Positions 8,026 to 17,028 of a stretch of 17,028 bases of DNA are shown in pieces. The notes below the pieces were generated by a model. The model was not told the DNA's origin and searched no databases. It saw nothing but the letters and a program-made list of their open reading frames with translations. Location: positions 64,001 to 81,028 of IMG/VR virus record IMGVR_UViG_3300018493_000089; one strand, written 5' to 3'. The position numbers and the translations under genes were made by a program. This DNA is from a virus (lineage: Duplodnaviria > Heunggongvirae > Uroviricota > Caudoviricetes). How positions within the stretch are numbered: the first letter of the stretch is position 1; each line of letters opens with the position of its first letter.

Positions 8026-8109
8026 TGGGTTATGAAGGTACTGCCCCTCCCTGGCTACAATAGCAATTGATTTAGAGTCAACCCGGCCTCTTTATCCGTC
8101 TAATAACCC
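8026..8109 (-). tRNA. Amber-decoding tRNA (anticodon CUA), Tyr-type body
   Basis: Acceptor GGGTTAT/ATAACCC with A73; GTTGA-CT-CTA-AA-TCAAT (anticodon 8073-8075); long variable arm; atypical T loop GGCAGTA. Confidence 0.85.
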
Positions 8110-8118
8110 GAAAATTAG

Positions 8119-8189
8119 CTACCCTGCGTGGATTCGAACCACGACCGTAAGAATCAAAATCTCATGTGCTACCATTACACCACAAGGCA
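8119..8189 (-). tRNA. tRNA-Gln(UUG)
   Basis: TGAGA-TT-TTG-AT-TCTTA, U1-A72, G73. Confidence 0.9.
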
Positions 8190-8196
8190 TCAATAT

Positions 8197-8275
8197 ACAG
8201 CAGGGGCTGGAGATACATGATTTGAAATGAAACAACATAAATGTGTAATATTTGGAAGGATGGTGCCCCTGCTGT
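8197..8275 (-). ncRNA. Hairpin small RNA with a large pyrimidine-rich loop
   Basis: Perfect 11-bp stem ACAGCAGGGGC/GCCCCTGCTGT enclosing 57 nt. Confidence 0.45.
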
Positions 8276-8280
8276 GTCAA

Positions 8281-8625
8281 TTATTCAATTTTATCTTTTC
8301 TTTCTTTATTTACACGAATTTCATAGTGATCTGTGCAAATAGGATAGATTTTTAACTTATCTGGAACAGTTCTTTCTTCGCCAAACAGAGCAATATATTC
8401 TGTATAACCATCTCTTGGTTTAAGTTCAATATTAATACCATCAAGAATTTTAATTGTAGTATTTTTGTCCTTTGGAGAATTTACAATCATTTCGTGTAAT
8501 ACTTCTCTGAAAGCGTCATACATCAAATTAACATCTTTCTGATAAAAATCGCATTTTTTAGCTACTGCTCTTACAATATCTTTCTGACGAATAAAAACCG
8601 TTTCTTTTTCTTGGTTTTCTTTCAT
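8281..8625 (-). CDS. HU/IHF-family DNA-binding protein
   Basis: DIVRAVAKKCDFYQKDV N-terminal helices, IKILDGINIE strand and arm FGEERTVP. Confidence 0.7.
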   Translation of the reverse strand: MKENQEKETVFIRQKDIVRAVAKKCDFYQKDVNLMYDAFREVLHEMIVNSPKDKNTTIKILDGINIELKPRDGYTEYIALFGEERTVPDKLKIYPICTDHYEIRVNKERKDKIE

Positions 8626-8629
8626 TTAA

Positions 8630-9286
8630 TCACTCCTTGAAAATATCCTCTACATTTGTAACAATTTCATCACAAACACCGAGTTCTTTTGCTTCAGACG
8701 CAGAAATAAACCATTCAGAACCAAATTTTTCATCCATCATCTCTTGTGGAATATTAGTTCTTTTCATAATATAAGCTTCCATTTCTTCCATCTGACGCTG
8801 ATACTCCAAGATATGAGCAATAATTTCATCATAAGTTCCTTGAAAATTACCACTGCCTTTATGAATTAAGAAAGTGGCACTAGGCATAGCGTATCTCTTA
8901 TGGCAAGCAAGATACATCATGCATCCTGCACTATATGCCATACCCATATTTACACCAATTACTGGAGTTTTAGATGTTTCAATCAAATCAATCATTGCAT
9001 TATTAACATCTAATGAACCGCCAGGGCTGAAGAACAGTAAATAAATTGGTTTTCTATTTTCAACTGGTAAACCTGTATCATCTTTATTCCACATCATGAT
9101 ATATTTACCAAATTCAAGAAAGCCATCTGTTACATCCATATCCAGCCAGAGAATACGATTCTCTAGGTTTTTATACTATGTAAGTAATTCTGGAGAGGGG
9201 AGCTGTAAATTCTCAACATATTTAGGAATTAAAGCTTGAATCAGCTGTTCCTCTGTCATAATTTGTTTTTGATTATTATTATCCAT
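8630..9286 (-). CDS. ClpP-like peptidase, 218 aa, one TAG
   Basis: FSPGGS, AYSAG and LIHKGS; RBS AAGGAG before ATG 9286; LPSPELLT*YKNLENRILWLD with TAG 9176-9178. Confidence 0.88.
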
Positions 9287-9362
9287 AGTTCTCCTTTTTG
9301 CTGACAATATTTTTTAGTTTAGAGTTGTTTAAAAAAATATCGCTCAACTAACTTACAAACTT

Positions 9363-9391
9363 ATTATATCATAGATCGTTTAGATTGTCAA
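9363..9391 (-). promoter_or_regulatory. Consensus sigmaA promoter driving clpP-HU-tRNA island
   Basis: TTGACA-17 nt-TATAAT with extended -10 TG. Confidence 0.85.
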
Positions 9392-9444
9392 CAGTATTTT
9401 TTAATTTAAACAATATTTTTTTATTTAAAATTTTGGTAGATAGA

Positions 9445-9464
9445 AGCAGGGGAGTACCCCTGCT
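9445..9464. terminator. Hairpin, possible terminator after the RNAP operon
   Basis: AGCAGGGG-AGTA-CCCCTGCT; weak U-tract. Confidence 0.45.
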
Positions 9465-9534
9465 ATATTTCTTATCCTACCATATTAGAAAAATGAAAAA
9501 CGATTTCCTAAAACACACGGAATCTACATATGTT

Positions 9535-10446
9535 TTATTCAAATTCATCATTTTCTGGTCTGTGGACATTTTTTATACTATCTCGTTGCAAAGCTTTTTG
9601 TTTTGTATAATAATTTTTCCGATAAACAGTATAACAATCACTACATCTCTCGGATCTTGTATCTTTAATGCTTGTCTCAAATAGTTTTCCGCAGTCGATA
9701 CAAACGATATATTTCGTAGTAACAGGCGATAACTTAGAGCATTGTTTACAAATCTTAGAATGAGACGAACCTTTGCTTTTTATTTTTTGTTTTGGAAACT
9801 TTTCATATTTGCCACATACATTACAGAAGAATCCTTTTCCAGATAAAACCATATACTGATTACCAAGATCAACAAGACTGGTGATAGGGTAGTTTTCTCC
9901 ATCAGACATAATTTCAACTTTAATGTTTGTATTACTACATTTAAGTGATAATGAAATTTGTCCAGAATTCTTTAAGTAATGAATTTTAAGCATTTTAGAT
10001 TTTTTATCACCATTCATATTAGCAAGCTTAAATAATTTTACCCAATCCACATTAACCCAGTTTGAGTTCTCTGGTCTGGCAGCATTATACTATTTAGCAA
10101 GACATAGACAAGTGAACATTAATTTTTCAGCTTGATCGTCACATAAAGATTGTATTTCATCAAGCTCTGAATCACTAATATAAATAGTGTCCACCTCTAA
10201 TAATGGCTATTTTTTTGCGTTGTTGATATATTTACAAACAACATCATACCATTCGTCAGAATTATATCCCGAATAGTTTTTCATCATAAATTCATCAATT
10301 TTTTGAAGAATGATTTTCTTTCTATATCCAGAAATATGCCAAAAATATCTGACGAGTAACTGCACTGTGGCTGAAGGCTTCTTGTCAACAATTCCTTGCT
10401 CCAGAATTTTTTCAGCCTATTTTCTTTCATTTAACAATAATTCCAT
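9535..10446 (-). CDS. Hypothetical protein with C-terminal CxxC Zn ribbons, coupled to the RNAP gene, 303 aa, three TAGs
   Basis: TGATG stop/start overlap at 10444-10448; TAGs at 10417, 10207 and 10090; CNVC, CKQC, CIDC and CSDC. Confidence 0.82.
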
Positions 10447-13190
10447 CAAATATCACCTCCCGAAATAACCTTTTCTTTAATTGCAAATCGCTCACCGCAA
10501 TAAACAATATCACCATCGGCATCTTTAGCAGGGTATTTGATTGTCATATTATTTTTTTCAAGCAAATTAGATAGGATAGTGCTACCACATAAATCCCATG
10601 CAAATTGTTTAGACTTGTTATTTGTATAGCAAAGATCAATTACAATATTACATAAGCGTTTTGCATTAGGACAAATTTCATAACATTCTCTAACAAAAAT
10701 ATCTTGAAACATTTGCCTTGCAACTTTTCTGCTTTCTTCATCTATGTTGTCAACTTTAACATCCTGTGCATACTGTTGAACACGCTTACCATATTCAAGG
10801 TATATATTTTTAATTTTCTCAAATTCATCTGCTGTGTATTCAACATCTGATTTTAAAATAGATGCATCAAATTCTGGATATACATAATCAAAATCTGGAT
10901 AATGTTCTACTTTATGACAAATGCGATTTACAACACAGTCAGTATCAGTAACAGGAATGTTATTATGATAATACATTAGGAATATTTCTTCATCTGTGGT
11001 TCTATCATCAGAACTCAATAAATCATTTAATGATTTCCCAAACGATCCCCAACATTTCATATCACAAGCATTAACATATTTATCATAATCACTTTTCAGA
11101 TAATCATAATTCTACATGAAGAAATAGGGTTTCTTACACGCTGCCGTTCTCTGATAGATCATCTTCAACTCTTTTACATCATCTGGATCATCATCATTGA
11201 TACGGTTAACCTTATTGTCATACCAGTGTCTAGGCATGGGTTTTGCAATAATCCCTTTTGCTTTATCAATTTGGTTTTGTTGCTCCAACTGCCCACAAAT
11301 AATACGCTATTGTAGCACTTCATACTCTGGGCTTCCTTCTGGATACATTGCTTGTAAACAAATCTGAGAAGTAATAATGTTTGTAGTTGAACCGATGGCG
11401 TCACCAAAGCTCAACTTATTTGAAGTAATTAAATCTTCCTCAGTTGGAATTTTCTTTTCTGCTTTACGCTGAATACACTGAATTACAGGAAGATTTTTTG
11501 TATTCCGTAATAAAATTTCTGAATTAGTGGTATAAAACATATCGCCATCATGATCACTACCATTTAATGCTTCTGCGGTTGTATCCCAACTGTTTAATAG
11601 CATACATGTGGTAATCTATTTATACCAATAATCTATTTCTGCGTTTGATACAGGCTTCATTTTTCTGATATTGTATTCAGAAGACATTGGTGCTCTGAAG
11701 CAGACAATTTCTTCTACATTTCTATCAGACCAGTACTTATGCTAACATTCACCTTTTTTCAAAAGCCCAGTAACTTCTAACCCAAACATATTTTGTGCCA
11801 ATGAATAAGGATCTCCGCCGGTAACAGCAAAGTTCGCATCAAGTTTAAGTACACCAATTTTTGCCTGTTTGATTTTTTTCTTTACCATGTGGTAGATTTT
11901 GCTTCTGATAAACGGATCGTTAATCAGTCTGCTGTCAACCATCAGCGCTTTTGCGAAATCAAAAAAATCATCAGAGAATACATTTTTATCATTAATGCCA
12001 AATCCACAAAGGAACAGTGCCGACTTTCTCCAATCCATACCCATTACATCACAGATTTCGTCCATAGTAGGTTTGATGAGTGCATCAACTTCTACATCAG
12101 AAAGTTTCTAGTTCTGTAAAAATTGATAATTTGTTTCACGGACGCTATCTAATTCGTAAGGTGTAACTTTAGAAACAGCAAAACTATATCCGTTTTCTAT
12201 GGTATTAATCCAATAATCCTCCCAAGATGAATAATGATCCCATAACTTTAACATTGAAGCAGTCAAAATAACTTCTGCGTCTCTAACATCTCGTTTTGTA
12301 CCCCAAACATCTATGATTTCATATGTTCCTGCAACTTTTTCTGCAAAATCAATAAAATCAAATGTAAAGAGCATTCCTTTAGACCAGGGTAAACCCCTTG
12401 TGTTTACGCCAGAAATATATTTGCCATATTCTCCACCAAGTTCAATATTCCAACGAAAGGATAAGGAAGGGAGCATAAAACCATACCCATCGCTATCAAC
12501 CAAGGATATTTCTTGATTTTTTAAAAAGGAAAGGGTGGGCTCTTCACCTTCGCTATCATCGACCCGAATGATGTCCTCAAAGAATTTTGTTTCGCAATCC
12601 GGCACAACAATAATACCATTTGGATTTGATACAGGAATAGATCCACTACAAACCAACGCTTGGTATGCCTCCAGCTTTGCGGGGACAATAGGAATTTCTT
12701 TGTTTCTGCCATTGTCAATTCTTCGCTTTAACTCTGGGTACAAACGCTCACTGACATAAACAATTGTGGAGTTTTTAATACCACCATTTGTGCCAAGTAA
12801 TCGTTTATACTGAACACCATTAATAGAAAAACCTTTATTGGCTCGATCATAATCAGAATCTCTATCAATAATCAAACACATATAATCTTCTTGAAATTGT
12901 GTTTCCTATAAGGCTTTCTATAGGCGTTTCATGTGTTCTTTATTCTCTTGTGAAGTTTCTTGTCTTCTTAATCTTTTAATTTCGTTTTTTAGCATTTTAG
13001 CTTTTGCATCAGTGTTTACACAGTTCAACTCGTCGATGAACCGTAAAATCTGACTATCAGAAAGAGCGATAACATCTGTTTTGTTCTTTAGTGCTACATC
13101 AAGAGGTAGCTCTAAATCCCATTTTGCCTTTCTAAGACGGCTGCTATGCAGTTTGTAAATCTACTTATGGCAAGCCTTTTGTTTAGCTAT
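10446..13190 (-). CDS. YonO/RdRP-like single-subunit (two-barrel) phage RNA polymerase, about 914 aa, eight TAGs, probable ATA start
   Basis: One frame joins four track fragments; motifs DSDGYG, KGMLF, NYQFLQ, FRAPM, NGSDHDGD and IDKAKG; TAGs at 13161, 12918, 12906, 12108, 11742, 11616, 11307 and 11112; RBS AGAAAGGA. Confidence 0.9.
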
Positions 13191-13249
13191 TACTATTCAT
13201 CCTTTCTACATGTAAACCATATCAGTTTAAAAGTACCCCCATTTTTTAG

Positions 13250-13593
13250 GTTTGGCTGGATAATTTTTGCATTTAATTTTTCAGATGAGGAATTCCTTAA
13301 CTTAAACCAGTTATCTCAAATTCCTTCCAGTCAAACTCAAAATTCTGGGGTAAAACACCCATTCTAGTCAAAAAGTTACACTGAAAATTTTGTTTAGATG
13401 AAAAGTTTTAGGATTGCCGAATCAAATCAGTGTAACTAGCAACAATGTGAATCCTCAATTTACATATGTTATAATGATTTATTACATGCTAACAATATTT
13501 TTTAGTTTGGCTGGATAAAAAAATAAATCAACCCCTCAGATGAGGAATTGGTCATCCTTGAGCTGTTACCCTTAAAATTTAGGGTTTGGCTGG
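13250..13593. repeat. Degenerate direct repeats upstream of the RNAP gene
   Basis: GTTTGGCTGGATAA at 13250 and 13505; TCAGATGAGGAATT at 13281 and 13536 (both offset 255); third GTTTGGCTGG at 13584. Confidence 0.7.
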
Positions 13594-13626
13594 GAGATTT
13601 TCGGCTAAAAAGGGCATTCTGAACAT

Positions 13627-13899
13627 TTAGTTACATTTACGCTGTGCATTTACTGCCAACATCCGTTCAGCTTGCTCTGGCGGAACATCTCTAATCTTAC
13701 TTCTGATGGTGATTAATCTTTTGGGAAACTTATAGGTTTTGCCATAAGCATCCTCTGAGTAAATACTAAATAGGGAAGGGTTGGCTTCGACCAGTTTCTC
13801 CATTTTAGTGATCCATGTAGTATCAGAACAGTATAGCTATGCATATTCGTCTGTCCGCATTGCGGTGATATGCATTTCTTGTTCATCTTTTTGAACCAT
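13627..13899 (-). CDS. Hypothetical protein, 90 aa, one TAG
   Basis: RBS GAGGTG; MVQKDEQEMHITAMRTDEYA*LYCSDTTWITKMEKL...KTYKFPKRLITIRS; TAG 13837-13839; TAA stop. Confidence 0.8.
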
Positions 13900-13952
13900 T
13901 GTGCTCACCTCGTTTTGTTTCGCATTGATGTGCGGAATCAACGCTTAATGTG

Positions 13953-13981
13953 ATTATAGCAGAAGTCTTGTGAAATATCAA
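13953..13981 (-). promoter_or_regulatory. sigmaA-type promoter
   Basis: TTGATA-17 nt-TATAAT with extended -10 TG. Confidence 0.75.
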
Positions 13982-14015
13982 CAATTTGAAGCCAAAAGGT
14001 TGTTGCATAATTGTA

Positions 14016-14420
14016 CTATTATATCTAATTATAATTATATATATTATATAATTTATTAAATTTATAATTATTATATCTATAACTAATATCTATTGTATTA
14101 TATATATTAATATATATATTATATATATTATAATATTTATATATTATATATAAATAATGTTTACTAATAATATCTTTAAGTAGATATTATAGATTATTGT
14201 TTACTAATATATATATTTATTTAGATATATTATAACATTGTTTAATAATCTCTTTTGTTTTTTAGATACGATTTTTTAAATTGTGTTAACAATTTAAAAA
14301 GAATATAGAATAGTAAACCAAGATTATTAGTAAACCTTTTTATTAGTAAACCATGTTTAATATTAAGCTATATAGTTAAACAATGTTTAATAATAAGCTA
14401 TATATAATAATATAACGATT
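14016..14420. other. Extremely AT-rich tract with short iterated motifs; candidate replication origin
   Basis: TAGTAAACC at 14311, 14328 and 14344; inverted GTTTACTA at 14159 and 14199; lies at the coding-strand switch. Confidence 0.45.
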
Positions 14421-15130
14421 TTCTCTTTTCTTGCGAATGTCGCAAGGAATGAGAAAGAGGAGTACCACTACAATGTAAGGTTGCCAGAAAAGAGAATATG
14501 TGGTACGAACTCAGCTAAGATCTCATTTGTTAAATTATATCTGTTGTTGTTAACACACAAAGCACTTTTCCAACTGATGGATTTTTCGGCCATGTTGATC
14601 AGTGAAAAGATGCTTTGCTGTTTTTCGCTCTGCTGTAGCAGCGCTCAATGAAAAAACAAATCATTGAATAAGGTTCTCCTGTTTCATATTGCTTTCTCCT
14701 TGGTTTATCGGGTATTCATTTTTTAGCAAACCAATATTTCAACAGGAGAACTCCGTGTGTTTTCTGATCATCGAGCTTCAATGATATGTGTTTTTCCGCT
14801 TTTTATCTAATTTTTTAAAATTTATACTTATTTACCGTTTGTTTTTAAGGGTATGCTTGGAATTTCCCTAGTTTTTTGTAGGGGTATTCTAGCATACCTT
14901 TTTTTAATTTGTTTTCGATATTTAGGACGCATTTGCCGAAAATCTATCAAATGATGAAAACATGAGGGTGAAGATGAGGAGATTTGGACGGAAGTTGAGA
15001 TTTTGGGTGAGTTTGTGGAGGGACTAGCTCCCCCTGTATATATAAAAAGCCCGGAAAATCAAGGTTTTTTGTACCCCCGGTTACGCTCCTAAAATTTTCG
15101 TAAAATGCCCATTTTTCGACCCTCAAAATT

Positions 15131-15160
15131 TTGCAAGACAGCCTCGATTTTCGGTACTAT
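15131..15160 (+). promoter_or_regulatory. Putative early sigmaA promoter
   Basis: TTGCAA-18 nt-TACTAT followed by 5' hairpin CTGCCACCG-ACGG-CGGTGGTAG. Confidence 0.55.
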
Positions 15161-15237
15161 GTACCTGCCACCGACGGCGGTGGTAGAAACTATATAACTA
15201 TCCCATTGAGGGACATCGAAGAAAAGAGGTTTTAAGT

Positions 15238-15732
15238 ATGACAAACACAACAAACAACAACACAACAAACAACAACGAAGTAACAAGAAACGATGTAGTC
15301 AACACACTGAAAAAAATGAAAAAAGATGAGTTAATCAATAGCATGATTACACTCATGGAAGTAACAAACAATCTGCAAAAACAGATTGACGAATTGAAAG
15401 CCGACAAGGTTTCTGCTAAAGCAGAAAAGCCTAGCAAGAAAGCAGAGCCTAAAAAAGAGTACGGCGAAAGTAATACAATTACTTTCACAAAACTCGGCAA
15501 AAATGGTATCGAATACGAATATGCCGATGGCGGTTATGTAAGACATAAAGGCTTCAGAATGTATATCAATTCCGTACTTAAAAACAACGGAGCAAAGTGG
15601 AATAAAGATGCGAAAGAATGGCGTTTTGATACCACTAAAGCTCGTGACGCCTTCATGAAAGCCAACAAGGGCGAATTGGTATTCACAACAAAACAAGTCG
15701 ATGAATATTTTGCAGGACTGCCTCAGAAATGA
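15238..15732 (+). CDS. Hypothetical protein, 164 aa (probable early gene)
   Basis: RBS GAGGT, clean ORF, TGA stop; C-terminal LKNNGAKWNKDAKEWRF motif. Confidence 0.85.
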   Translation: MTNTTNNNTTNNNEVTRNDVVNTLKKMKKDELINSMITLMEVTNNLQKQIDELKADKVSAKAEKPSKKAEPKKEYGESNTITFTKLGKNGIEYEYADGGYVRHKGFRMYINSVLKNNGAKWNKDAKEWRFDTTKARDAFMKANKGELVFTTKQVDEYFAGLPQK

Positions 15733-15746
15733 GTGCAACCAAAGTC

Positions 15747-15776
15747 GAGGGGTGTAAAAACCCCTCACTTTTTTTA
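15747..15776 (+). terminator. Rho-independent terminator
   Basis: GAGGGG-TGTAAAAA-CCCCTC followed by a T-run. Confidence 0.75.
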
Positions 15777-16473
15777 TGCCATTTTATTCCGGATCAACTC
15801 CATAGTTGGTCAATTTTTTTCGCTCTCTGTCGGTACAGTTTTGCAGGGTTCAACTCCCTAGGAGCGATTTAATAAAAACCGTCACTCCACCCTATTTTGA
15901 GGGGCGGTTAATAAACAGCCGAAATCTGATGTGTGTTTTATGCTAGGCGTTGCCGTAATCAGATTGCAACTCGGTTGGTACTTGCATGACAAGTACAACA
16001 GCACATTGACAATAAAGATTTCCGCAATAGATGACTACAAGAAATTGAGGGCTTCTAGGAAATCGGAATAAATGCTTGTAGGGATAACAGTGAACCTATA
16101 CATCTTTGGCAGTGAGGAAAAATTGCCAGTACACAAGACGCATCAATACTGTTGGGTGCGTTGCAGGTGAAACCGCTGATGACACACTTAGCATGGGAAG
16201 GAGTGAATAATAATAATGCTAAACAACATCAGCCGTTAGCGTCACCTCGTACAGAAGATGCACACGGCGGAGAAGGACGCTAGGAAGGGGAAGAAGCATG
16301 AGCATGATTGTGGTTTGGTTGTAAGTATTCAGCTTTATACCTATATATGCATCAGTATATGGTGTTAATGTATATATACATACACTATATATTGATAAGT
16401 ATATAGGTATATGGGTGTATACATACACCTCAATAATATTACTCAACTATATACATGAAAGGTGGTCGTCATT

Positions 16474-17028
16474 ATGACAACAACAGACAAAACAAAAACA
16501 ACAACAACAAAAAAATCCACAACAAAAACAACTAAGACAACAAAGATGCAGACAGTTGGTAGAGTACACATGAGAGTGAAGAAAGTTGATTTCTCCAATG
16601 TCACTCAGTTGACAATCCAGTACCTCAAAACTTATCAGGTGCTGTATCTTGCTCAGGCTCGACTGGCTAATCACTACACAAATGTTGTGGCTGGTCTGAT
16701 GAAACAGATTGAAACCATCGACGAAAGATGTGCGACAGAGGACAATAGACCTCGTACACCTGAAGAAGAAGAAGCAGTACACGCAATTAAATTAAAACTG
16801 ACACAGGAAGAAACAAAAAATACTGACCGCAAGAGCAAAATCAACGAGGAGAAAAAGAAAGTAATGAATTACTTTTTCAAGGATCGTGAATATGAATACG
16901 ACCTGTTCAACGCCTATAAAAAGATGGTGGAAAACGGAAGAAACGCAGATGCAACAGGAAGATGGGAATATATCCATGCTTGTGTAGACTTCCTGAAAAA
17001 AATGGGTTGCATCGACAAATATGACAAC
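16474..17028 (+). CDS. Hypothetical protein with Thr/Lys-rich N terminus, runs off the right edge
   Basis: RBS GAAAGGTGG; 185 open codons MTTTDKTKTTTTKKS...GCIDKYDN; absent from the ORF track because it has no stop in the window. Confidence 0.85.
   Translation, partial: MTTTDKTKTTTTKKSTTKTTKTTKMQTVGRVHMRVKKVDFSNVTQLTIQYLKTYQVLYLAQARLANHYTNVVAGLMKQIETIDERCATEDNRPRTPEEEEAVHAIKLKLTQEETKNTDRKSKINEEKKKVMNYFFKDREYEYDLFNAYKKMVENGRNADATGRWEYIHACVDFLKKMGCIDKYDN

Noticed and set aside
9535..13190. RNAP and neighbours as pseudogenes of a decayed prophage
   Set aside because: All interruptions are TAG in one frame, with no frameshift or TAA/TGA; catalytic motifs are intact and a CUA tRNA is present.
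297..13367. Plus-strand and alternate-frame track ORFs within the minus-strand block
   Set aside because: Shadows of well-supported genes, without RBS or recognisable motifs.
16079..16090. TAGGGATAACAG resembling an I-SceI site or LSU rRNA motif
   Set aside because: Only 12 of 18 nt match contiguously and there is no rRNA context; likely chance.
15089..16977. Minus-strand Cys/Phe/Val-rich ORFs
   Set aside because: Antisense to ACA/AAC-rich plus-strand genes or to palindromic DNA.

Overview
Part of a large AT-rich tailed phage genome, probably infecting a Firmicute (sigmaA-type promoters, GGAGG/AAGGA RBSs, tRNA genes without encoded CCA). Bases 1-13900 form one minus-strand block: a small ORF, a YonO/RdRP-like single-subunit RNA polymerase, a Zn-ribbon partner, ClpP-like and HU-like genes, a tRNA island, a metallophosphoesterase and an MBL-fold hydrolase. 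The island holds 12 intact tRNAs, two GIY-YIG nucleases, a PD-(D/E)XK nuclease inside a split tRNA, a Ro60/TROVE gene with six Y-RNA-like genes, and an ArfA-like gene. An AT-rich, hairpin-rich non-coding strand switch (about 13990-15230) precedes plus-strand, probably early, genes. Main result: the ORF track is fragmented because TAG is read as sense. I count 23 in-frame TAGs in 9 genes, with no internal TAA/TGA and no frameshifts. The TAGs fall on Tyr positions, including the Y of a YIG motif, and align reciprocally with TAT/TAC in the paralogous nuclease. All true stops are TAA/TGA, and a Tyr-type CUA-anticodon tRNA is encoded at 8026-8109. This points to TAG->Tyr rather than the known phage TAG->Gln code. 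Family assignments come from motif recognition, not database searches.
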